A stretch of DNA of 35,105 bases from the IMG/VR virus record IMGVR_UViG_2711768044_000007, positions 1-35,105 of that record; one strand, 5' to 3'. The position numbers and the translations under genes were made by a program. The stretch's first letter is position 1; each line of letters begins with the position of its first letter. Shown here piece by piece: positions 17,513-26,987 of the stretch. The stretch is from a virus. Taxonomy: Duplodnaviria > Heunggongvirae > Uroviricota > Caudoviricetes. The notes under the pieces were generated by a model. The model was not told the origin of the DNA, did no database searches, and saw nothing but the letters and a program-made list of their open reading frames with translations.

Positions 17513-17550
17513 CCTGTTTATTTTATATTCATCCTTTATGCGGAGGCAAT

Positions 17551-18024
17551 ATGTCATCCATTGATGCGGCCGTGGTGGTGGACGTTACGCGTCTCCAGCG
17601 GGTGTTTGCCCGGCTTCAGTTTGTGGGCGGCGGAAAAGACCTGGCCCGCAGTGTGGCGGCGAGTCTGTTGTCATCGTCAGAAATGGCGTTTGAACAGGAA
17701 AAAGAGCCGGACGGCGAACGCTGGCATGACTGGTCAGATCCTTACCGCAAGTGGCGTACCCGTAAGGGATACACGCCCGGCAAAATCCTGACGCTGAACG
17801 GCGATCTGGCCCGCCGCCTGACCACGGATTATGGCGATACCTGGGCGCTGATTGGATCAAATGAGCCTTATGCAGCCATTCATCAGTGGGGTGGCCTGCC
17901 CGGTATGCCACCGGGACCAGCAGCCATTGGTGCGCGTCCGTATATGGGCTTTGATCAGGTGGCAGAACAGGAGATCATGGACGAAATCAGAAAACGCTTT
18001 AAAAAGGCCACAGAAACGCCGTAA
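17551..18024 (+). CDS. virion morphogenesis protein (Mu G/gp31-like)
   Basis: 157 aa, GGAGG RBS; position between F and I. Confidence 0.7.
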   Translation: MSSIDAAVVVDVTRLQRVFARLQFVGGGKDLARSVAASLLSSSEMAFEQEKEPDGERWHDWSDPYRKWRTRKGYTPGKILTLNGDLARRLTTDYGDTWALIGSNEPYAAIHQWGGLPGMPPGPAAIGARPYMGFDQVAEQEIMDEIRKRFKKATETP

Positions 18025-18201
18025 TGGTTTAAGGTATACAAACGCATTGCCTTACCCTCTTCAGGCGCGTGTCGTGATTTTCTAACCTGTATTTAACGGG
18101 CTTTAAAATCTGCGCGAAGCGCCTTTCTCATTTTTCCCCTGTCAGCACTTTCTGAAGTCCCGCAAAACCGGCCCCGAAAAACACCGGCTTATGCTGCCGG
18201 A

Positions 18202-19326
18202 ATGAAGACGAAAAACACGCCCAAACTTGCTTATGCCATTCTGAATGCCATCAGCCTGTCCGCAGACGGGGACGGTGACTGGTGTCAGATCATGCCAGCC
18301 GGTCGGGTAAAGGCCCGTGACGGTCGCCCGGAAAAACCGGCGGAAGGCTGGCTGATTAACCGTGCGACCGTTGAGCGCATGGTATCCCGGGTTGTGGCGC
18401 TCAATCAGCCGGTAAAAATTGACTACAACCACCAGACCCTGATTAAGGGGCATCCGGCACCGGCTGCCGGTTTTGTCATGGCCTCACCGGAAAACTTCCG
18501 CTTCAGTGAAGAGCGGGGTTTTGAAGTGCGTCCGGACTGGAACCCTCCGGCCATTGAACACCTGCGCAATAACGAATTTCCCTGGTTTTCCCCGGTGATT
18601 GGTTATGACGAAATCACCGGTGAACCTGTTGAGCTTCGGATGCTGGCTATTACCGGTGACCCCGGTCTGACTGGCATGAATCCTGTCGCCGCACTGTCGG
18701 CGGATGACCTTTATAACGCCTTAAACCCTCCTTTAAAGGACACCTCCATGAATGAGCAATTACGCCAGTTGCTGACGGCGCTCGGTCTGACCGTGGCTGA
18801 CGGTGACGAATTTACGCCGGAACTGGGCACGGCGGCGCTGTCTGCCCTTACCGGGATCAAAACCCGTGCGGATGCGCACGACACCCTGAAAACGCAGGTT
18901 GCCAGCCTGTCGGCAGAGCTGGAAACCGCAAAAGGCACACCAACTGGCGGCACTATTGATCTGACGAAATACGTGCCCGTTGAGACGTATAACGCCCTGC
19001 GTACCGAATATGTCGCGTTGTCGGCACAACACGGCAGCACCACGCTGGAGCAGTTGCTGGATAAGGCCGAGTCCGAAGGACGCATTTTCAAAAGCGAACG
19101 CGGATACATGGAAGGACTCGGACAACAGATTGGTGTTGCGGCACTTTCTGCACAGCTTGACGCCCGCCAGCCGGTTGCGGCTCTGACCACTCTTCAGACC
19201 GACACCGTAACCGTGCCGGATAAAAAGACCGCCACCGCTGCGCTGTCGGCTGAAGATATCGCCGCCGCCCATCTGCTGGGTAAAACCGAAGCCGAGTTCC
19301 TGAAAATGAAAGAGGAAATGCAATAA
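18202..19326 (+). CDS. head maturation protease/scaffold (Mu I/gp32-like)
   Basis: 374 aa immediately upstream of the major head gene; Ala-rich C-terminal scaffold-like region. Confidence 0.7.
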   Translation: MKTKNTPKLAYAILNAISLSADGDGDWCQIMPAGRVKARDGRPEKPAEGWLINRATVERMVSRVVALNQPVKIDYNHQTLIKGHPAPAAGFVMASPENFRFSEERGFEVRPDWNPPAIEHLRNNEFPWFSPVIGYDEITGEPVELRMLAITGDPGLTGMNPVAALSADDLYNALNPPLKDTSMNEQLRQLLTALGLTVADGDEFTPELGTAALSALTGIKTRADAHDTLKTQVASLSAELETAKGTPTGGTIDLTKYVPVETYNALRTEYVALSAQHGSTTLEQLLDKAESEGRIFKSERGYMEGLGQQIGVAALSAQLDARQPVAALTTLQTDTVTVPDKKTATAALSAEDIAAAHLLGKTEAEFLKMKEEMQ

Positions 19327-20273
19327 TGCCTACCCCGATTACACCGGCGATGATCACCGCCCTGATGACGGGCTACCGTTCTGATTTTCAGGCCGGGATG
19401 TCCATGGCTCCGTCTCAGTACCAGAAAATTGCGATGACTGTACCGTCCACGTCGAAATCCAACACCTACGGCTGGCTGGGGCAGTTCCCGCAGTTCCGTG
19501 AGTGGATCGGCTCCCGCGTCATCGAGAAGATGAAAGCCTATGGCTACGCCATCGTGAACAAAACCTTTGAAGGCACCGTTGCCATTAGCCGCGATGACTT
19601 TGAAGACGACAATCTTGGCATCTACTCCCCGTTGTTCCAGGAGATGGGGCGCGCTGCGGCGGCACAACCGGATGAACTGGTCTTTGCTGCACTGCGTGAT
19701 GGTCTGAATGCGGCCTGCTATGACGGCCAGAACTTCTTTGATACCGAACACCCTGTTTACCCCAAAGTGGATGGCTCCGGTGATGCACAGATGGTCAGCA
19801 ATATGTTTGTGGCAAAAACCGGCTCTGTCGGTGCACAGGCGGATTACAGTGGCCCGGCCTGGTATCTGCTCGACTGCTCCCGCGCGGTAAAACCGCTGAT
19901 TTATCAGGATCGCCGTAAGGCCGAACTGGTTGCCCAGACAAAAGTCGATGAAGGCCGTGCGTTTACTGATAACGAGTTTGTGTTCGGTGCTTCCGCCCGT
20001 CGCAATGTGGGCTACGGCTTCTGGCAGATGGCCTACATGATGCAGTCACCGCTGACGCTGGATGCGCTGTGGCACGGCTGGTCAGCCATGCGTGACTTTA
20101 AGGCTGACGGTGGCCGCAAACTCGGCATCAAACCCACCCATATTGTTGTCCCCACCTCGCTGGAAAAACAGGCGGTGCAGCTGCTGGAGCGCGAGCTGTT
20201 CGCGGACGGTAACACCACCGTCTCTAACGAGATGAAGGGCAAGCTGGAGCTGGTTGTCGCGGATTATCTGTAA
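19326..20273 (+). CDS. major head subunit (Mu T/gp34-like)
   Basis: 315 aa; GAGGAAA RBS; N-terminus MPTPITPAMITALMTGYRSDFQAGMS and overall pattern recall Mu T. Confidence 0.8.
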   Translation: MPTPITPAMITALMTGYRSDFQAGMSMAPSQYQKIAMTVPSTSKSNTYGWLGQFPQFREWIGSRVIEKMKAYGYAIVNKTFEGTVAISRDDFEDDNLGIYSPLFQEMGRAAAAQPDELVFAALRDGLNAACYDGQNFFDTEHPVYPKVDGSGDAQMVSNMFVAKTGSVGAQADYSGPAWYLLDCSRAVKPLIYQDRRKAELVAQTKVDEGRAFTDNEFVFGASARRNVGYGFWQMAYMMQSPLTLDALWHGWSAMRDFKADGGRKLGIKPTHIVVPTSLEKQAVQLLERELFADGNTTVSNEMKGKLELVVADYL

Positions 20274-20316
20274 ACGGTGAGCCGGGCTTACGGCCCGGCC
20301 CCTGCGGAGGGCAAAT

Positions 20317-20748
20317 ATGAATGAACATCACACTGTGGCAGCAACAGATGATTCAGGCCTTCAGGTCAGTGGTGACAGTCCTGTCACGGTTCTGGCAGAA
20401 GTGCGTTGCAGTCGTGCGCAGTTTCGTCGTGCGGGGTTCCTGTTCATGCGGGGACGCCAGCAGGTTGACGTCACCCCGGAGCAGCTTGCCCGACTGGAAG
20501 CGGAGCCATGCCTCACTGTACGAATACTACAGACGCCTGGTGATGATGCGGGAGCCGTGGCGGGTGTGGTTCATGCAGAGACCGGTGCAGATTTAGCTGA
20601 AGCCGAAGCCGAAGCCGAAGCCGAAGCCGAAGCCGAAGCCGAAGCCGAAGCCGAAGCCGAAGCCGAAGCCGAAGCCGAAGCCGGACAGGATGCTCCCCGG
20701 AAAAAGACCGGCAATAAAGCCAGACAGGAAAAAAAGGCGCGCGCATGA
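20317..20748 (+). CDS. hypothetical head-module protein with internal (Glu-Ala)n tract
   Basis: 143 aa; GGAGGG RBS; contains ~14 consecutive EA dipeptides encoded by a GCCGAA tandem repeat; basic C-terminal tail. Confidence 0.5.
   Translation: MNEHHTVAATDDSGLQVSGDSPVTVLAEVRCSRAQFRRAGFLFMRGRQQVDVTPEQLARLEAEPCLTVRILQTPGDDAGAVAGVVHAETGADLAEAEAEAEAEAEAEAEAEAEAEAEAEAEAGQDAPRKKTGNKARQEKKARA
20596..20685 (+). repeat. tandem hexanucleotide repeat (GCCGAA)~14-15 within coding sequence
   Basis: Perfect head-to-tail GCCGAA units visible directly in the sequence from about 20596 to 20685. Confidence 0.9.
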
Positions 20749-21164
20749 ATTACGCCACCGAAACCGATATGCGGGCGCGTTACCGCGAGGATTTGCTCAG
20801 GTCATTACTGGCCGTGCCCCGTTCGGATGAACCGGACACGCGCAAACTGAACCGGGCGCTGACGGACGCGTCTGCCCTTATCGACAGCTACCTGTCTGCC
20901 CGTTACACGCTGCCGCTGGCGGTGGTTCCGGCGGTCCTTGTTCAGCACTGCTGCGCGATTGCCTTTTATTACCTGTGCGATCAACGGGGAGCTGAACAGG
21001 CGCGTGACCGTTATCGTGAGGCGCTGGCCTGGCTGAAAGACGTCATGAACGGCAACGTGCCGGTCGGCGTGGATACCGACGGTGCGGCCCCTGAATCCGG
21101 GGACTTACCGCAGGTACAGTCTGATGCGGCGGTGTTCGGGCGCAACCAGAAGGGCTTTATATGA
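20745..21164 (+). CDS. Mu gp36-like protein (DUF1320-like; head-tail joining)
   Basis: 139 aa, start overlapping upstream stop; position after major head gene. Confidence 0.55.
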   Translation: MNYATETDMRARYREDLLRSLLAVPRSDEPDTRKLNRALTDASALIDSYLSARYTLPLAVVPAVLVQHCCAIAFYYLCDQRGAEQARDRYREALAWLKDVMNGNVPVGVDTDGAAPESGDLPQVQSDAAVFGRNQKGFI

Positions 21165-21718
21165 TTACGGAAACCGAACAGGCGTACATCGCCCGTATCC
21201 GTGAGTATTTCGGGAATGAACTGGTGTCAGTTGACACGCATCCCGGCGACTGGAGCGACAGTGTGCTGCGCACCATGCTGATTAGCGCCCCGGCGATCTA
21301 CGTTGCCTGGCTGGGTGCCGGTGAAGGGCGTACCCGTGGACGTCTGGTCAGCCACTGGGTGTTCTACGTCATCGGCGACATGCTCAATGGCCGTGAGGTC
21401 AGCCGTCCCGGACTTTATCAGATTGTGGCCCGCCTGATTACCGTGCTGGACGGTTTCAGGACAGAAAAAACCTCACCGCTTTACTTTGAAAAGGCGCTTA
21501 ACGGTTACACCGAAACGCAGGCAGACAGCGGTGCCGTGATGTACGCCCTGTATTTCTCATGCGAGGAAATGATCGACCCGCTGACGGATATCAGCTCGCT
21601 GGATGATTTCCTGCGCCATTACGAAACCTTTGTGGAGCCGCCCGGTACGTCGCCGTTTGAGGCACATATTCATCTTAAGGGTACAGGTGAAAACATGAAT
21701 CCCAACGAAGAGGTCTGA
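21161..21718 (+). CDS. Mu gp37-like protein (DUF1834-like)
   Basis: 185 aa, overlapping start; position. Confidence 0.55.
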   Translation: MITETEQAYIARIREYFGNELVSVDTHPGDWSDSVLRTMLISAPAIYVAWLGAGEGRTRGRLVSHWVFYVIGDMLNGREVSRPGLYQIVARLITVLDGFRTEKTSPLYFEKALNGYTETQADSGAVMYALYFSCEEMIDPLTDISSLDDFLRHYETFVEPPGTSPFEAHIHLKGTGENMNPNEEV

Positions 21719-21835
21719 CGATGGATAAACATCAGGATAATACGGCAGAAGCCATGGCGATGACTTCTGCCGGGAATCACAACTCATGGGTGGCATCCTG
21801 GCTGGTAAAGTCCCGTGCCGAATGCCTTCAGTTAA

Positions 21836-22102
21836 TTAGTGAGCTTGATTTGTCTGGTCGCTCTTCGTGGTCGTCACATACTCAAGCGATCCCAAAAGCA
21901 GGTTGACGCCATGAGCGATAGTTTTCTGGTTCTGTGCGAGTAAACCAGTGTGTTGCTGACGAAGTTTGTCCAGAAATTCATTCATGGACAGTGTTCCGTC
22001 CTGTTCCAGTTTCTGGATCAGAATATTCACCGCAATAGCTAACCCATTTACAAGGTCATGAGCGAACTGAATCTCTGGTGATGGTTGATTTTCTGATGAC
22101 AT
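21836..22102 (-). CDS. hypothetical protein, reverse-oriented moron inside the late operon (between gp37-like and gp38-like)
   Basis: 88-aa minus-strand ORF with strong SD (TAAGGAGTCTTT-ATG on the minus strand); region somewhat AT-richer; all Mu late genes are normally co-directional. Confidence 0.55.
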   Translation of the reverse strand: MSSENQPSPEIQFAHDLVNGLAIAVNILIQKLEQDGTLSMNEFLDKLRQQHTGLLAQNQKTIAHGVNLLLGSLEYVTTTKSDQTNQAH

Positions 22103-22177
22103 AAAGACTCCTTATGTTGGTGAAGAAACTATCAGAATGCCCGGTCAGGAAGCTCATCACAAGTACAAGGAGAGCAA

Positions 22178-22456
22178 GTGAAAACCATTTTTATTAAACC
22201 TGCGCCGGGATGCCTGATTCGCGATCCCGACACGATGAATCCGCTCTCACAGGACGGGGAAGAGAAACCCTTCACTCCGTTCTGGTGCCGCCGTCTTAAT
22301 GATGGCGACGTCATTGTGGTGGATAAAACGGCGGAGCCTGCCCCGGCTGCCACAACAGGTAATACCGGCGAGGCTGCAAAACCAGCGGGAGCGGCAGCAG
22401 AAAAACCTGCGGCGGCGGCTGAAAAACCCGCAGCATCAGATAAGGGGACGTCCTGA
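22178..22456 (+). CDS. Mu gp38-like small protein (DUF2635-like)
   Basis: GTG start with AAGGAG RBS; N-terminus MKTIFIKPAPGCLIRDPDTMNPL; Ala/Pro/Lys-rich C-terminus; precedes sheath. Confidence 0.55.
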   Translation: MKTIFIKPAPGCLIRDPDTMNPLSQDGEEKPFTPFWCRRLNDGDVIVVDKTAEPAPAATTGNTGEAAKPAGAAAEKPAAAAEKPAASDKGTS

Positions 22457-23937
22457 TGATTAACTTTGATTTTATCGGCGATAACAATCGCATCCCGCTG
22501 GTACAGATTGAAATCAATAACTCAATGGCCGTGACCGGCACGCCGCCACAGCGTCAGGCGGTGCTGTTATTTGGTCAGCGAAACCGTAATGCGTTTGGTG
22601 TTGTTGATTCTCCTGTCCGTATCACCCGCGCGTCTCAGGCGACAGAACTCTGGGGGCGTGGCTCCATGATTGCGCAGATGGTGGCAGCGTTTATTGCCAT
22701 TAACCCTGATACGGAGCTGTACGGCATTGCACAGGGGGAAGGCACCGGCACGGCCACATCCGGCACCATCACGCTTTCCGGTACAGCAACGGAAGACAAT
22801 GTGCTGAATCTCTATATCGCCGGACGTCCTTACCGTCTGGCCGTCAGCAAAGGCAAACCGGGTAATCTTCTGGCGGATGCGCTTGCCGCGATGATTAACG
22901 CAGACCAGGACTGTCCGGTCAGCGCCACGACCAGCGTCCCCCCGGATAATCAGGATCAGACAAAAAAAGTGATCACCCTGACGGCAAAATTTACCGGCGA
23001 ATGCTCCGTGCATGATATCCGGCTGAATTATTATTCCGGTGAAGTGACACCCGCCGGGATTGTTGTTTCCACTACCGGAGGCACCGCGCCGAAAAACCCG
23101 GATATTACCAACAGCATCGCTGCCATGGGGACGCGCCAGTATAACTATATTGTGATGCCCTATAAGGATGCGGCGAATCTCAAAATTCTGGCGGATGAAC
23201 TGCTGAAACGCTGGGGACCGGTAAAAATGTCAGACGGTATGGTCTGGATGGCGCATACCGGCACCTTCGGCACGGCAACCAGTTTTGGTGAGTCCCGTAA
23301 TGATTTCCTGTTTACCTGCACTTCCATTCCGAAGGCACCGGAGCCGGATTATGTCTGGGCAGCCTCCATTTGTGCAGTCTGTGCGCCGTCACTGTCCGCT
23401 GATCCTGCCCGCCCACTCCAGACGCTGGCGTTGCCTGCACGACTGGCACCGGCAGAATCAGATCGCCTGACACGGGAAGAGCGAAACAGCCTGCTTTATA
23501 CCGGCATGTCCACGGTGACCGTCGCAGCCGCTGATGTGGTGCAGATTGAACGTCAGGTGACGATGTACCGTCAGAATGCATACGGCGAAAGCGATCCCAG
23601 CTATCTGGATGTGGAAACCATCTACACCCTGTCATATCTGCGTTATTCCCTGCGCACCTTTATCACGCAGCGTTTCCCGCGCCACAAACTGGCCGATAAC
23701 GGCACCCCAGTCCGGCCCGGTCAGAATATTGTGACGCCGGAGATTATGACGCTCCAGCTGATTGCACTGGGGGAAGAATGGGTGGATCTGGGACTGGTCG
23801 AAAATCTGGACACCTTTAAAAAGAATCTGCTCGTGGAGCGCAACACAAAAGACCGTAACCGTCTGGATGTGATGTGTACACCGGATCTGGTTAACCAGTT
23901 CCGCTTCATGGCCGCGCAGATCCGTTTCATTTTGTGA
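22456..23937 (+). CDS. tail sheath protein (Mu L/gp39-like)
   Basis: 493 aa; AAGGGGA RBS; position immediately before tube. Confidence 0.8.
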   Translation: MINFDFIGDNNRIPLVQIEINNSMAVTGTPPQRQAVLLFGQRNRNAFGVVDSPVRITRASQATELWGRGSMIAQMVAAFIAINPDTELYGIAQGEGTGTATSGTITLSGTATEDNVLNLYIAGRPYRLAVSKGKPGNLLADALAAMINADQDCPVSATTSVPPDNQDQTKKVITLTAKFTGECSVHDIRLNYYSGEVTPAGIVVSTTGGTAPKNPDITNSIAAMGTRQYNYIVMPYKDAANLKILADELLKRWGPVKMSDGMVWMAHTGTFGTATSFGESRNDFLFTCTSIPKAPEPDYVWAASICAVCAPSLSADPARPLQTLALPARLAPAESDRLTREERNSLLYTGMSTVTVAAADVVQIERQVTMYRQNAYGESDPSYLDVETIYTLSYLRYSLRTFITQRFPRHKLADNGTPVRPGQNIVTPEIMTLQLIALGEEWVDLGLVENLDTFKKNLLVERNTKDRNRLDVMCTPDLVNQFRFMAAQIRFIL

Positions 23938-23945
23938 GGTAAGGC

Positions 23946-24311
23946 ATGAGCGGAAAACAGTATCAGGGCACGGCCACCATCCGTGTGAACGGACAGGAGT
24001 ACGCCACCCTTGAGGGGGCCACGTTCTCGCCGTCCGGCTTTGAGCGTGAAGTGGTGAAAGGCGCGAAAGTCTATGGCTATCGCGAGAAACCCCGTGAGGC
24101 GACGATGGACTGTAAATTTCCGGCGGGCGGAGAGGGTTCACCGGCTGCCGATGAAATCAACACCTGGACTGCGGTCACGATCGAGTTCGTGGCCGATACC
24201 GGTGAAGTCCACATGATGACGAAGGCCTGGAGCAGTGAACCGGCCTCGCTTGACGGTGGCGGTGATATCTCCGCGAAGTTCGCCAGCGCCACCAGTACCC
24301 GTGTCCAGTAA
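23946..24311 (+). CDS. tail tube protein (Mu M/gp40-like)
   Basis: 121 aa; GAGGTAAGG RBS; follows sheath. Confidence 0.75.
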   Translation: MSGKQYQGTATIRVNGQEYATLEGATFSPSGFEREVVKGAKVYGYREKPREATMDCKFPAGGEGSPAADEINTWTAVTIEFVADTGEVHMMTKAWSSEPASLDGGGDISAKFASATSTRVQ

Positions 24312-24325
24312 TCAGGAAAAATGTA

Positions 24326-24802
24326 ATGAGCACACGTAAGAAAAAAACGGCGGTTTCTGACGAGGCCGTGATGGAGGCTATCCGGGATGCACTTGAAGAC
24401 GGCGATCCCCGCACCGCCGGGCTGGCTGAACAGCTGGCGAACGGCTATGTGGATCTGCTCGACGGTCTGCCGTTCGGGGAATCCCGTGAATACCGCGTCA
24501 CCTTCCGCGAACTGACGGCGAAAGACAGCATTGATGCGGAGAGTGAGGCCGAGCGTCTTATGGAAACCCGAAACGGTCCGGTTCTGGTGGCCTCACCGGC
24601 ACTGCGCGGCATTGCGCTGCTGCGCCGTCAGATTGCCGCTGTCGGCCAGATTGAGGGGCCATTGTCTCCGCGTCAGATCGGACAGCTCAGCGAGCGCGAT
24701 CTCTCCCGTCTGATGGCGGCGGTAAGCCTGCTTGATTCCGCGATGGCAGGAAAGCTGGTCGCTGAACGGGGGCGACCAGATGCAGTGCCGGGATCAGATT
24801 GA
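24326..24802 (+). CDS. tail assembly chaperone (Mu gp41-like)
   Basis: 158 aa between tube and tape measure, the conserved chaperone position; overlapping +1-frame ORF 24732-24926 downstream. Confidence 0.5.
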   Translation: MSTRKKKTAVSDEAVMEAIRDALEDGDPRTAGLAEQLANGYVDLLDGLPFGESREYRVTFRELTAKDSIDAESEAERLMETRNGPVLVASPALRGIALLRRQIAAVGQIEGPLSPRQIGQLSERDLSRLMAAVSLLDSAMAGKLVAERGRPDAVPGSD

Positions 24803-24929
24803 AGAAGCCGCAATTGTGCTGGGGATGGTGACAAAAAGCGGCCCGGAGTGGGCGCTTAACCTCCCTTTATCGCAGCTTTACCGGCACTGCCGACAGACCG
24901 AAAAAATTCTCAGAACGAAGCAGTAACCC

Positions 24930-26987
24930 ATGGCAAAAAACCTGAAAGCCTCCCTGATTGTCGATTTACTCGGCAATATTTCTGCCAAATCCCGCCAGTG
25001 GTCACAGGAGCTGGGGGCGTTCTCCCGTTCCGGCAGGACGGGGCTGGGTGGTCTTGGAAATGCAGCCCGTCGTGCCGGTCAGGAAACAGAACTTGTCGGC
25101 TCCCGTATGCAGCGAACGCTTGCCGGTGTTCGTGGCAGCATCCGCACGGTAACGTCAGATTTTGACCGCCTGCAGGGCAGCATTACCGGCACCATCGGGC
25201 GGATAAGCAACCTTTACGGGATGCTGGCGGGAGGGGCTGCGGTCTACGGTTTTAATAAAGCCTTTATCCGCCCGGCCGCAGAGATGGAGAACTATATTCT
25301 GCGTCTCAACGCCATTAATCATGGCGATACGGCAAAAACGGAAGCGGTTAAAGCCTGGGCAGTACAGAACGCCAAAGACACCACCTGGGGGCTAGCGGGG
25401 GTTATGCAGGAATACGCCTCCAGTCGCGGGTTTGGCATGAGTGACAGGGAAGCCCGTCGCTTTATTACCATGCTTCAGGATCAGGGCGGCTATCACGGCT
25501 GGTCACTGTCAGATGCACAGGGTGCGTCCCTGCAACTCAAACAGATGTTTGCCCGCCAGAGTATCCAGGCAGCGGACGCCAATATTCTGACCGGATACGG
25601 GATTAACGTTTACCAGTTACTGGCCGATAAGCTGGGCGTAAACCAGAAGATCATCCGTGAGAAAGGCGAAAAAGGAAAACTGGGGCCGGACAGCATTCGC
25701 CTGTTATTTCAGGTGATGGCCGAACAGGCAAAAGGTGCCCAGAAAAACGCCATGAATTCCTGGACGGGAATGACGTCCATGATGGGCGACGTCTGGGATC
25801 AGTTTGCCCGTGAAGTGATGGCAAAGGGACCGTTTGACAGCCTGAAAAAGAGCCTGAAAGGCTTTCTGGATTATGCTGATGCAGCACAGAAAAGCGGCTT
25901 ACAGGATAAGCTGGCCACACAGACGGCCTCAGCCCTGAATCAGGGATTCGAGTATGCCAGAGACGCTGCAACCGGCTTTTACCGGGCCATTCAGAAAGTC
26001 AGGGAAACGCTTCAGGCACTGCGCGACGCCGGTTATGGCGATGCACTGGATCGTATTGGTCAGGGGGCGCAGACCGCCGCAAAATACCTGATGTATATGT
26101 ATCTCGCCTCCCGCGCGCTGAAGGTGCTCAGGTTTGCGGGGACGGGGGCATTACGTCTTGGTGCAACCCCCTTACGCTATGGTATGGCGATGACCTCCGT
26201 GCTGACGTCGCCCTTCCGCAAACCGCAGACCACTGTGCCGGGAACGCAGCCCGGACGCGCTGGCCGCTTCCTGAATTTCCTTACCGGGGTAAATCCTGCT
26301 GCCGTTCAGCCCGTGCTGGTCACCAACTGGCCTGCGGGTGGCATGGCCTCAGGTGGCGGGGATGTGGTGGTCAGCGGTGACGGCAAAACCGTGCGAGGCC
26401 GTAAAAAACGCGGCCCCGGACGCGGGCGGGGTGTCACGACCGTCGTGACCGCCGGTGAGCAGCTGGCGGAGAGCGCCGGTAAACAGGGCTTCTTCGGTCG
26501 TATGATGAGCCGTGCCGGTGGTCTGCTAACGGCTGCCGGAAACCGCATGGGGCTGGGGCGTTTTGCCGGGCTGTTCCGTGGTGCCGGTCGGCTGGGTGGT
26601 GGTGCCATGTGGGCCGGTGCCATGGCGGCTCCTGTACTGCTGGACAGCAGCGCCAGCGCAGCCGATAAAGCCGGTGCCGTGGGTTCCCTTGCCGGAAGTA
26701 TCGCCGGTGGCGCGCTGGGGGCTGCTGCCGGTCCGGTCGGGGTTGCCATTGGTTCCACGGTGGGCAGCTATCTCGGTGATTATCTGGGGGGCTGGCTGAC
26801 GCAGGCCTGGCAGAAACTGCGTGGCAGCAGTGACGAAAACGGCGGACAGGCCACCGCGAAAACCGCCGCACGGGTGGAGCTTGTGGCCCCTGAAGGCTGG
26901 CGGGCGCGCAGTATTGATGTGGATGATACCGCACAGCATGGCCTGGATGTGAACGTCTGGAACGGAGGGAACTATGGCCTCTACTGA
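24930..26987 (+). CDS. tail tape measure protein
   Basis: 685 aa, Gly/Ala-rich low-complexity C-terminal part; position after chaperone. Confidence 0.75.
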   Translation: MAKNLKASLIVDLLGNISAKSRQWSQELGAFSRSGRTGLGGLGNAARRAGQETELVGSRMQRTLAGVRGSIRTVTSDFDRLQGSITGTIGRISNLYGMLAGGAAVYGFNKAFIRPAAEMENYILRLNAINHGDTAKTEAVKAWAVQNAKDTTWGLAGVMQEYASSRGFGMSDREARRFITMLQDQGGYHGWSLSDAQGASLQLKQMFARQSIQAADANILTGYGINVYQLLADKLGVNQKIIREKGEKGKLGPDSIRLLFQVMAEQAKGAQKNAMNSWTGMTSMMGDVWDQFAREVMAKGPFDSLKKSLKGFLDYADAAQKSGLQDKLATQTASALNQGFEYARDAATGFYRAIQKVRETLQALRDAGYGDALDRIGQGAQTAAKYLMYMYLASRALKVLRFAGTGALRLGATPLRYGMAMTSVLTSPFRKPQTTVPGTQPGRAGRFLNFLTGVNPAAVQPVLVTNWPAGGMASGGGDVVVSGDGKTVRGRKKRGPGRGRGVTTVVTAGEQLAESAGKQGFFGRMMSRAGGLLTAAGNRMGLGRFAGLFRGAGRLGGGAMWAGAMAAPVLLDSSASAADKAGAVGSLAGSIAGGALGAAAGPVGVAIGSTVGSYLGDYLGGWLTQAWQKLRGSSDENGGQATAKTAARVELVAPEGWRARSIDVDDTAQHGLDVNVWNGGNYGLY

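Noticed and set aside
20596-20685. Possible CRISPR array
   Set aside because: Units are 6 nt, perfectly contiguous with no spacers, and in frame within a coding sequence; this is a microsatellite, not a CRISPR.
20513-20746. Minus-strand ORF encoding (RL)n
   Set aside because: Pure by-product of the GCCGAA tandem repeat read on the opposite strand.
21721-21906. 61-aa + strand ORF after the gp37-like gene
   Set aside because: Overlaps the 3' end of the better-supported minus-strand gene (strong SD); kept only as an alternative, not called.
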